Assembly (NCBI GenBank): GCA_013265495.1 | Contig: MU058815.1 | Location: 124,001-188,000 of the forward strand | Source of the DNA: Vicugna vicugna | Lineage: Eukaryota | Direction: 5' to 3' | Length of the DNA stretch: 64,000 nt | Shown here: positions 1-11,500 of the stretch, piece after piece | How positions within the stretch are numbered: the stretch's first letter is position 1 | Layout: every line of letters begins with the position of its first letter | Notes under the pieces: generated by a model | What the model saw: the letters and a program-made list of their open reading frames with translations, nothing else | Databases searched by the model: none | Told to the model about the DNA's origin: nothing | Program-made: the position numbers and the translations under genes

Positions 1-3000
1 AATTTTAATCTCCTAGCAGTCCTATGTGCTAAAATAAACAGAGGAAAAGAAAAGTGCTAGCTATTGGCATTGTCACCTGTGATTTTTCTAGTACAAAAGC
101 AAAATGTATCCATTTTCAACACGGGGTGTGGTGAGCAGTTAAAACCCAGAAAGGCTGAGTGACTTTGCCAGGATCACGCAGCACGTGAGGGCAGAGATGC
201 TGGGGGCAACGAATCTATTTGTGCCCTTCAACCATCAATTTAAATGAAAGCAAACGCAAAGCTAGTTTACAACGTCTTCTGAAAACATCAGTATTTATGC
301 TCAACTAATGACTTCATTTCAGATTCTGATGTTTTCCCCTTATGATTAATTTAACAGTCAGTTCACCTCTGCCTCCTGCTCTCAGATCACCACTAACGCT
401 GCGTTACATCAGTCAACACTAGTTTCCCTTCTGGTGAGTAATTGACACTAAATGCCAATTCTATGATGCTGGCGTGTCCGGCACGATCAGCTTCATTACA
501 CCCATTAGATAATATGGCTGCTGCTTAAAAACACAAATAAAAAGAGAAATTTAAGAGCAGGAGTCATCACATTCCAATGACATTATTTTCCCATACCTAA
601 CGCGGACGTGCCGTTGCTAATTGACGCTTTTTCATAGTACATCACGCTATTTCTACAGGAGTTAGGTTTCGCAAGCCCCGATTTTAAGGTCTATTTAAGT
701 CAGATGACCTAAATGTTATTTTAAATTAAGATTAAAATTTGGTTTAGAAAATTCTCTTAAAGAATAAAGAGTTCCAACACAAATTCTAGACCAAATTTCT
801 CCTCGAGGAGGAATCTCATTCCTTATGTTTGACCTATATCTTCCCTGGCCTCCAGTGCATCTCTCAGAGAACTATTGGTTGACAATCCAAACTTGTTACA
901 GAACAAAAAGAAACATTTTGTTTCAAGCATCTAAAATCTTACTAATAGTTTAGACATTAAAATCCACCATGAGAAAACTCTGTTACTAATTATCTCTTTA
1001 AGGGGGAAGTCTTACTGCAAATTGCTTCTGTTACACGTTTTGATTTTAAAACTGTCAATACAAGATGAGATACTATTTGATGAGCCGCATGATTTGGAAA
1101 TATTTTTATAGAACCACCTCATTTTTCCTCTACTCTCTGAATGTATTCTTTATACCCTCAGAGGTATAGTATAGATACCATTAAAGAAAAAAAAAGTTCT
1201 TTTATGTTCAACTACAAACCACCTCTCTACTAAGAAGGTAGTTGCTTATTTTTGAGATAAACACCATTTTAGTGAAAAAGTAAAGTCACTGGATCAATTC
1301 ATAGCTCTTTAAACTAGTAATACTAGTGAAATGTTAACCTACATTTTCCTCCTGTGGGTAAAATCCATGACATGATCGTTTCAGTAAAATGCTTTCTTTT
1401 CATGAATAAAAATCAAATCTACGGGGAAGTGGGGAATGAAAAAATTCAGGAAATGCTGAAGTTGCACAAGGATTTTCTAATTAGGCTGAAGAATAAAAGG
1501 CTTTTTAAATTAAGACAACTATGTTAAACTTCTCTAAGGGCCAATGAAGCGCCTCCCATTAATAATATAACTCTGTCTCTAGTAACACAGACTTTAAACT
1601 TAAAGTCAGAGAAAAATGTATACTTGATCAAGATATGAACACACACATAAGTGGACTCTCACACTTTGCCAAAATCTACCCTATCATGGCAACAAAGTGA
1701 CCTACTTTTTCTATTCGGATGGCTCTGTAAATGAATGTGTCAAAACCAGAGCGAGCTTATGATAAAAGCAAATATTTCTAATTTCTTGCTGTTTTATCTT
1801 CAACAAAGAACTACCTGAAAATTAGATTTAAACTTAATAAATAGGATAACAACACTGCATTTCATTACAGCATCAATATAATTTAAGGAATTGAAATATG
1901 AAATAGTACAACTTTACATTCATAAAAAGAGGCCACTGTTTGTAACCTAACTCAGGATGAAAATATCCTGAAGACTGCGTGGTCTGAGCACAGATGCTAA
2001 CGTGTCCAAACAAATCCACGGCTTGAGAGAGGGGGAGGGTGGGGGGGGTAAAATACTAATGCATTAAAAAAAAAACAGAAACAAAACCGCAGTCACTTCG
2101 AAATGAGGAACATTAATTTTCCTGAAGTTTCAAAAAGATAATTTATCAGTCTAGCAACTATCTGAAATCTTAAGTGACACCAGTAATCATGAAATAACCC
2201 AGTTATAGGACATTCTGCATCTGCTAAGAAATGCCAGGATACATGCAACATGGGAGTAATGATGACAAGTAAAAATGGGGTGAGTGCAGGGGCTGGGTGG
2301 GGAAAGGGTACAGAAGGGCAAGTTTCTGAATGTTCCCAATTATACTGAAGAATCACATTCCGGTTTCCCTCAGTTTGACTTCTTAATTTCTTGTTCACGT
2401 TCCTTCCCAGTGCACAGACGATTACAAATGTCACTTACTCTACTACGTGCCTTATGAATAGAACAGATTATTTTAAATGTTTATTTTTAGTGTTTATTTG
2501 AAGGCTACTTAATTCCAGTTTAAGATCCCTAGAAAGTTAATTAATAAAAGACACCATGTTCTGATAGCTAAAAGGCTTATAAACATCATTCTGCTTCCAA
2601 TAAAACGGAGCCCTCAAAGCAGATTATTATGAAAGGCATCTAGTAAATCCCTACTGAACTTTCTTATCATAAAAACAAGCTTATGCTCTCTAATTAAAAC
2701 CATGTAAGAAACAGTATTTTTTTTTTAACTACAAGAAAGCTATTTGTAATGAAATTTGAGAGATAATTGAGGGTGGCGGTCATACAAATTCATTTTGAAA
2801 CTGAAAAACTCTTGTGTAATGTCTGTGATCAAAGGTCAGTGTCTTTCGACATTCTCATACAAATCCAATCTGGATAAAACTCAACTCAAATATAATTCAG
2901 AAAAATAACAGGATATCAAACAATGTGTTAACCCCGTGAAACACAGGCATACCTTACAAAAACAAGAAATGAATAGTAAAGGAAACCTCAATTACATTGT

Positions 3001-4949
3001 TTCTGTCATATTTTGAACCGAATCCCAAGTGTGCTCTCATTCCTTAATACACATTAAAAAATAAACAACGTTTAACAGCATCAATGCCATCTGGGTTACA
3101 ATGGAAATAATGAAGTATGTGTGATTTTAACTCGGGTAAAAATAAAGCCTGGGCAGTGTGACTGCACCTTTTCCATTCCATGCTGCAATCACATTCACAT
3201 CTCGGAACTGACGCTGTGGACCAAAGCAAGGTCAACTAGAAATATCCACTCAGCTGGTGAGTCAGGCACGTTGCTCAACATGGGAAAGGGCCCGAACAAA
3301 GGGTTTTAATTTTCAGGCTGTTGCATCACAGTGATGTTATAATTGCACCTCGCAAAGGTAAGTCTTGAACACAGAAAAGGAAACTGTTTCAAAAACTGCA
3401 GTGAGCTTGCATTCACACTCAGGGAAGGGACGGAGGCAGAGCCCCTCCCTCGCCCTCCCCCTCCCCCACGCCACCCCACTTCAAGCTCCTGGCCTGGGTT
3501 GCTAAATGATTTCCCTTCGCCTCCACTTCCTTATCTACAAAGTGGGGAGGATAATAGACCGGTCCACGCTGTGTCTGGCACGTGCAGGGTACGTGCACAG
3601 AAAATCTTAGCTCTTAATCTCCTTTTCGAAGGATGAGCAGAATGAAGGCAATGATGACGATGATCTGTTCTAGGCCTAATTTTTGCCTCTTGCGCCCCAA
3701 GCCTAAAACCAAATGCAACTGATTTCCGTATCCGTTGAAAGGGCCAACCATCAGCAGTCATGGGGTGTGTCTTTACTTTATAGGCTGCACATCCCCCTCC
3801 CAGAGAGCTTACCTGTGAGGTCTAACAGCCTCTGATCTCAGAGCAGAGAACCTGAGATGCAGAGATCACCCAAGCCCCAGACAACCATCACAGAGAGGCC
3901 AAGGGAACTGGACAAAGGCAGCTGTTTGGCACTTCCTACACCATTCCTGCCACCGTCAGCTCGCCTCTCCCTCCCTCCCTCCCTCTCTCTCTCTCTGTTC
4001 CTTTAAACAGTCCCCCAAACATGAACCTCATGACTTGGGAAGTTTGAGGCTCTAGGACCCTCTCAAGAGTTCCCTTCAAACTAAAATTACCATTGAATAT
4101 AATGGCAAATAGTTTTGAAGAAAAAAAAAAACCTGAATCATCACTGGAACAAAAAAGCACAGTATTTCAAGAAGAAGCTAACTAAATGCTGAGTTCAAAT
4201 TTCAGTCTGTTATCGTCCAAAGACGTAGGCAGAGAAAAGTGAAGGTGAATACCTTTATCAAAAATATGTATGTCTCTGGTTCCTGGTCACTTATACAGGA
4301 AATGTTTACTGAGCTCCTCACGACTGCCTAGATCAACAGGTTTTATTTCCTCAGTTTACCCTGGAGGCCTGCGGAAATTAGAGCAAGCAGCCCAAGATCA
4401 CAGGCTGGGTCCTGGGACCCAGCTCTTTTGAGCCCAGAGCCCGAGTTCTTAAGTTAGCATTTCACTGGTCCCCAACTCCTCACTGGCTTGACACTCAAGA
4501 GAGAAACGGGTTAGGGTCTGGGGTGTAGGACAGGCTCCCCCAGAAGCCAATTTTCAACAAAGCACTGGGCGCTTACGCGCTTTTCAGGGGACATCTGTGA
4601 GGCTGCCGTGAACCCACTGAGAATTACTGCAACGGGCGCAATCCCAGAAGCCTTACGGCCAGGATGGAAGCCCTGCAGCCTCACAGCAGGGCAGCGCCAT
4701 CCCTAAGGGCCCTTTGATAAATATATGCTTTTTGAACTCGGGGCATTCAAGTTCTCTCTACGCTAGCCTTTGACCACAAAAACTAAAGGTTCAAAAAAAA
4801 AAAATCGACTCGACTGGTTACAGTCAAGCCGGGCCCGCCTATCATCACCATCAATGCTGGAGCGCCCCACTCCCAATTTCTGTGATCTGTTGACATTTAG
4901 AGGTTTTCTTCGGTCTTTTTCGCTTTACCAACCGAGAAGCGCTCGGCTC

Positions 4950-5550
4950 CGACATACAATGAAGCCTCCAGGAACAAAGGTGTCTGCGGCGCTCAGGAGC
5001 TCAAGGCGCAGAACCCGGCAAGGCAGGCCCCGGAGCTGCCCGGCGGGGCGCGGGGCGCGGGGCTGCCGTCTCCCGGTGGCCTCGCCCGGGGGCCACCCCG
5101 CCCCTCCTGCTCCCCTCCGGCCCCGGCGAGCCCACAGAGCGCCGCACTCGCCGGCCCCGGGCGGTCCCCCCGCGCCCCCCGCGCCGCGCCTCCCCAGGAC
5201 CCGCCTCCCGCCGGGTGGGCGGCGCAGCGGGGCCTCGGCGCCGCCAGGACCCCCGCGCCAGAACAAAGGAATGTGGGGAGGGGGCGAGGAAGAGCGCAGG
5301 CCTCCGCGCGGCCCCCGTGCAAGCGCCGCCCAGGGCGCTCGCCGGGGCGGGCCGGGGACCCCGCCCGCCAGCCCCACATCCCCCCAGACCCCAAGGGCGC
5401 GCAGGAGGGAGGGGCGCGCCAGGAGGCACAGGAGCGCCCCTGAGGTCGCGATCGGAAGGGGGCGCTACGCGGGCCCCCGCAGTTTCAGGGGCACGCAGCT
5501 CGAGCTCCAAAGTAGGTCGAGGTCTGACACCGGGGGCCTGGAGCAGTATT
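4950..5550. promoter_or_regulatory. Second CpG island (intronic or alternative promoter)
   Basis: About 600 bp of CpG-dense, very GC-rich sequence, separated from the main island by AT-rich DNA. Confidence 0.8.
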
Positions 5551-7411
5551 AGCTTCCTGGAAAGCAACTTCAATTACTTGGGGTAATATAATTTGCTCCA
5601 GGGGTGAATCTTGTAATACGTCCCCCTTTGCCCCCTTCCAAACGCCCCCCCAACCCTGCACTAAAATTATTTAAATGTTACATTAGGGGAAAACAAATCT
5701 GATACAAACACACCATCACATACATACATTCACACATACACTACGTAAGGGTCCGGGAAGAAATTTAAAATCTGGGTACATTAACTCGTATCATCCTCAC
5801 ATTAATAAAACTGGGGCGTCCACACAAAAATACAATCTACTAACCTATATCTGTTTCCCATAAATCATCTTGTCTGGAGGGAAAAAATACGACGTGAAAT
5901 AAATATTGTGAGCTCATTCGCTGTTGTTATTTACAAAAGCCGAGACCAGAAGATGACACTTGGCCATCCCCTGCTGTTCTCAGGGAACAGCACTTTCCTA
6001 AAGTGTCCTTTAAAAAGATAAATGGAGTCAGCCTCCAGCAAACCACCGGGCTCTGCGAAATGCCTTCCTAAAAATACAATCTTATCAAAGGTCTCCGAAG
6101 GCGTGGAGTTAAAACTACAGCAAATGGCCTTGAACTTGTATCTGCACACAGCCCTGGAGAAAACACCAGAAATAGCACCGTGTGGCCACAATTGTCAAAA
6201 TGTGATAGTTAGGGCTAAATTTAGAAGAACGCACATTTCATTTAGGGCAAAAGACACACATTGGGCAGCATGCGCAAACTCAACGCTTGCCCAGTTGTCT
6301 ACTTGCCTGCTTAAAATATCCTTTAAAAAAAAACTGTTACAGTGACATTTTAAAGGCTAAGACTGTCCTACTTTCTTTGTAGCAGGATTATAAAATCACG
6401 CAATTAGCTCCCTCTTCCTATGCTCACTGCCAGCAAATTCGTCAGTTACATAATGCAACATTTCCAGGAAACTATTATGTGATCTGTCTTGTCGCGTCTG
6501 AAAAAGCAATGACAATTTGGTGAGAAAAAGGGCTGATCGGATGGAATGTATTAAAATTAGGAAGGTGGAGAGGTAAACGTCACAACGGCTCGTCCCAGAT
6601 TTAAAAATACTAGCTCAGAACACCTAAGGGGCGAGCCCGGGCAGTATTCAAGATCAGAATACAACCCGAGGAATTCTTCCTTTCACGCTTTGAAGGAGTG
6701 TTTAAAAATACATCTTGTTTTTTCTTTTAATTTGGGACGTAGTACACATGTAAATAACGATCTAATATCCAACGCTGCGCTAAAATTACCAAATCGTTGC
6801 ACACGTAGCGCACATTCCCACATCAGCCCGTAATCCCTGCCAGTATGTCACCGTAGGCAGATTATGCAATGTGTGCAAGGACAGATCCCACAGCCTCCCC
6901 GAGCGCTGGTAAAACACGCTGACGACAAACAGGGTGGAAAACGTCTGTGCAGACTCAGCCCCGGACACAAACACACGCAGCGCAGGCATTCTCCGAATGC
7001 CGTCACCGTTCACGCTCCCAGCCCTCTTTTTCAACGAGAAAATCAGGACTCTTCCCCACTACTCAGCCCCCTCCTCGCCGCCGCCGCAGAAGGGACGAGA
7101 ACGGAAAGAGCGCTGCCCTTCCCCGCGAGATGGCTCAGCCTCCCCGGCGCTCTTCTCCACCAAAACATCAATTTTCCTGAAATCGGGAGACATTATGCAA
7201 CAGCGGCGGGGGGAGCGCAAGCCAGCCTGGGCTACGTGCCGGCGCGAGGGCGCTGCAATCAAAGCAGCCACCTTAAGGTGGCGAGTCCCCTCCTGACAAG
7301 GCAGCAAAAGTTTATGTAATGAATGCCCCGCGCACACTCGCCGCCGCCAGCCAGCCCCGCGCACGGCCGGGCCCGGCGCACAGCCCGGCCCGCGCCCCGC
7401 GCCCGCCGGCC

Positions 7412-7957
7412 NNNNNNNNNNNNNNNNNNNNNNNNNNNNNNNNNNNNNNNNNNNNNNNNNNNNNNNNNNNNNNNNNNNNNNNNNNNNNNNNNNNNNNNNN
7501 NNNNNNNNNNNNNNNNNNNNNNNNNNNNNNNNNNNNNNNNNNNNNNNNNNNNNNNNNNNNNNNNNNNNNNNNNNNNNNNNNNNNNNNNNNNNNNNNNNNN
7601 NNNNNNNNNNNNNNNNNNNNNNNNNNNNNNNNNNNNNNNNNNNNNNNNNNNNNNNNNNNNNNNNNNNNNNNNNNNNNNNNNNNNNNNNNNNNNNNNNNNN
7701 NNNNNNNNNNNNNNNNNNNNNNNNNNNNNNNNNNNNNNNNNNNNNNNNNNNNNNNNNNNNNNNNNNNNNNNNNNNNNNNNNNNNNNNNNNNNNNNNNNNN
7801 NNNNNNNNNNNNNNNNNNNNNNNNNNNNNNNNNNNNNNNNNNNNNNNNNNNNNNNNNNNNNNNNNNNNNNNNNNNNNNNNNNNNNNNNNNNNNNNNNNNN
7901 NNNNNNNNNNNNNNNNNNNNNNNNNNNNNNNNNNNNNNNNNNNNNNNNNNNNNNNNN
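7412..7957. other. Assembly gap (N run, 546 nt)
   Basis: Run of n characters. Confidence 1.
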
Positions 7958-8163
7958 CCCGCTCCCGGGTTGCGCAACGGCCGGCGCGGCCGCCTGGACC
8001 GGAGCGAGCCTGGGGAGGGGCCCAAGCCCCCCGCCTCGCCGCGCCGCCCCCCGCACCGCCGCCTTCGCCCTCTCGGTCGCCGAGGCGCCTTTCTGAGCCC
8101 GGCGACCCTCTTTCCCTCGCAGAGGCGCGTTTTGTGCCCCCGAGCGCGCAGCCGGCGGGCTAC

Positions 8164-8439
8164 CTGTTGCCGACCGAGTACCGGGTCGAGGGCCGCGGGC
8201 TGCGGCGGCCCGGGCGTGGCAGGGACCTCCCCCTTCCCCGCCCCGCACACTCCGCGAGGACCGCTCCTCCGCGGGGTGGGCGCGAGGGGAGGCGGGGAGG
8301 CGAGGCTGGCGCGCCGCCAGGCCTCGGGCGGGCCGCCGAGGGGAGGGGGCCGGGCGGCCGCTTCGAGCCTCGCCGTGCTGCGTCGGCAGCGATTACAATG
8401 CCCCGCGCGTCTCCCCAGAAAGCGCGACAGCCCGGAGCG
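8164..8439 (-). other. Candidate non-coding first exon (5' end hidden in gap)
   Basis: Minus-strand donor-like CAG|GTAGCC with the intron starting at 8163, inside the CpG island. No convincing ATG/ORF. Confidence 0.3.
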
Positions 8440-8564
8440 NNNNNNNNNNNNNNNNNNNNNNNNNNNNNNNNNNNNNNNNNNNNNNNNNNNNNNNNNNNNN
8501 NNNNNNNNNNNNNNNNNNNNNNNNNNNNNNNNNNNNNNNNNNNNNNNNNNNNNNNNNNNNNNNN
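8440..8564. other. Assembly gap (N run, 125 nt)
   Basis: Run of n characters. Confidence 1.
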
Positions 8565-11500
8565 TGATGGGGGGTGGCGGGGGCGTAGAAAGCGCAACGC
8601 ACCAGCACCTGCCCCTGCACATTAGGGCGCAGATGACGACTGCAAAGTTGTTGCGTAACCCAGCTGGGAAACGCGGCTCGCGGACGTCCATCTGCCGCCC
8701 CGCTGGCTCCTCCCGCGGCCGCGCCGAGAGCCGCCGGCCCGGGCGCGGGTCCGCGGGCCTGCTGCGCCCGGCTGCTCCGTCCGCTGCTGGGCTCGAGACG
8801 GCCGCTCGGGGTCTCTTGATCGTGAAGCTAGAAGCTAGTCAGTCATTTTCTGCCTTTAATTCGATGCAGTTGTCTTCTCCTCCCAAATTCCCGGGGGACA
8901 TAAGAGTCGTAACGAAACGGGAGAAAGGCCCCTCGCGGTGAGAGTTAAGTCATCAAGCTAAGACTGAAGGCACGTGGCACACACACGGCGCATCTATACA
9001 TAGAGCGGCGGTGCCTGGCTCTGCGAAGGGAGCCATGTTCCTGACGGTGACGCACAGGCTTGCCCAAATAGGGAATGTGGCAGGTGCGGAAGGACCTCGT
9101 GCTCCGCTTGGACTGTGCAGGAGCTGGGCTGAATGCCTTCCATGACGTTCCACTTTCTTTTCCCCATGATAAAAATACACTCTTTCAAAAAGGAAAAATT
9201 TGAACTAACTCCAAAGTTAAAGAATGGAGTGACCTACCCCCCACCCCGTTGCCATCACCAGTGTCCATCATCAATAGAAAATCTGCTTGCCGAGCTTGTC
9301 TCTCTTCTAACCTTCCCCATCCTCGTGTTACAGAATTGTAAGTACCGAAAGACTGCTGCTTAAACACGTTTATCACGTTATCAGTTGGGTTTCTGGAAAG
9401 CTTCGCGTTTCAAACTATTCTCCAAGGACAATGTTGTGGTTCGGAACACACACATGTTCACAGTTCATCTGGTGGAGTGTAGATTTACCAACAAGGCCCT
9501 GACGACATAGACATGTAATATGCGTCTTAACATCTTCCCCAAACCCACCTTCCCAGACGCTCACCAATTGGAAAAGCAAATCTGCGTGTGGCTTTTGAGT
9601 CAGCCAGCTCTATCAGACACTTACTCCAAAGAGTAGATTCCATAGATGAAATGAATCCTGATTTTGGTTTGTATTTTCCACTTTTCTTACATTTACTAAA
9701 ACATTTCCTTTTCCCCCAAATCCTCACATTGTCCATTATAGCTTTGAAAACCTCTCTCTGATGAAATTAAAACCGTATTATGCCTGTTACTTACCTTTTC
9801 AGGATCAGAAATGCAATTAGTTCCCAGAAATGCAGAGTCACCTAGGACATACCCCGCCCCCCAGCACAACCACCTACAGCACATTCTCCACATTGTCTTG
9901 CTTTTTAAATAAATTCATAGAATTCCAAATGCTGTTGTAGAATGGGACCCCGAGACCCACCGCTTTATAGAAAAACAACGTCAAATTCAAGAAAGGTAGG
10001 TAACATGCTTGGAGTCACCCCCAAGTGGTGATCTTGGAGGAATTCTCTGAACCTGGAAACTGGTTCTTTTTGCTGAATTTTGAAACCTGAAGCTCCTCTG
10101 ATTACTTGCGGGTGTATTTCTAGATTGTGCTTGAATCGTGGTTGTGCATGATTTTTCACTGCCATCTTGCTTGGAAGTCAGATGAAGTGTAAAAGATATC
10201 TGTGGTACCAGCTTAGAAAGTAACTCTTTAGCTCCTCCTGGTGATTAGGAAACCGCTGAACAATACAAGAAAGGATCTGTGCCCGTGACCCGGGACGTGG
10301 TGTGTTCAGCGCTGTAACCTGGAACAGTCACAGAATAGGCAAGCCCTTGCAGATTAACACAGTGAACGGAGCATAAAACCTAAAACACTGGAAACAAATT
10401 ACTCAGGTTAGAGGCTTCCAGGAAGTCGTCAGCATGTGCCTGACTGTAGAGCAGGGCTGCGACCAGGTCCCAGGAGGAGGAGGAGGAGGGGTCTGGTTGA
10501 AGTCATGGAGTCAAAACTTCCTTCGCCTCAGTTCCGCTCAGTTCTAGGGGGGCAGGATGAGGGAGAAGCAGGCAGGGACAGTGATGAGGACAGTGATGAG
10601 GCAGGAGACAGCCGCATTCAGCCTCATCTGATGACACTGCCAGCACGCTTTCTGATTAAGCAAATATAACAGCGATGACTTGAGGGCAGAAAGAGTAAGA
10701 TTGTGGCCTCTCCTTTCTGAGATGGGAAGAACCCTACAACTGCAGCTGCTTCGGGAGAGAAAACACGTAAGAGGACCTCTGCGTCCAGGAAGTTTTAGCC
10801 CAGGGCCTCTTCAGGCAGGTGTAGCTGCAAACTGGGATCTCTAAAGAGAATTCAGCTTAGCAGCGTGTGAACTATGGCAGGGAGAGAAAGAGGGAGAGAG
10901 AGAGAGAGAGTGCCCCATCAAGAGGAGGTGGAGGCTGGACAGTGTGCCCCCTGATGGAGAGGTTCTGCTGAGATGCCCCCCGGGGAAAGAAAGGCGTCTC
11001 CCTACTGAGAGACCCACATCAGACAGCTCCACCACATCGGCTCTAGGACTGGCCTCTAGATTTCTCTGCAGAAAAGCTGCCGTAGCTCAAAATCCTTTGG
11101 CCACCACTGGGGCCCCACAGTCCTCATCGGGGCTCCGGTGTCCAGGGTCTTTCCACTGCACTGTGTGTATTGAGGATCGTGGGTCTTTTTATTAAACTTC
11201 ATGGACAGAAGGTGAAATGATTTTTAGGAATCCGTAAGTTACAGTTTTGTTTTGTTCTTGCGTTGAGACTTCAAAGTGTGAGCCGGCGTGGCCGGATTGT
11301 CGTGGCCGGTCGCCCACGGGAGGCCTGCCCACGGCCGTCAGCATGGGGTTTATGCTGATGCTTTGGCTCTGACCTAATGAGTCATCCAACGTTGGGGCAG
11401 AAACTTCCTGGAAAGGTGTTTCTTTCTTTCGCTCGTGTTCTTTGTTTTATTTCTACCCTTCATGTCATTTCGAGTCCTTACGCCCACTCCCCTCCTTCCC

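Larger units (their letters stand above)
6850..8950. promoter_or_regulatory. CpG island / likely promoter of an unidentified gene (probably minus strand)
   Basis: Very high GC and CpG density with GC-box-like GGGGCGGGG/CCCGCCC motifs. Two N gaps lie inside it, as is typical of extreme-GC promoters. The sequence to the left is repeat-poor. Confidence 0.85.

Noticed and set aside
4770..5586. Overlapping 120-260 aa ORFs on both strands
   Set aside because: Pro/Arg/Gly/Ala-rich low-complexity translations caused by stop-codon scarcity in a CpG island. No domain is recognisable.
7259..8941. 329-540 aa ORFs
   Set aside because: They read through N gaps (X runs) and GC-rich sequence, so they are artefacts.
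10436..10669. ORF with an acidic 'DSDEDSDE' stretch
   Set aside because: It arises from a (GAG)n run and a 12-bp duplication (GGACAGTGATGA). There is no exon or homology support.
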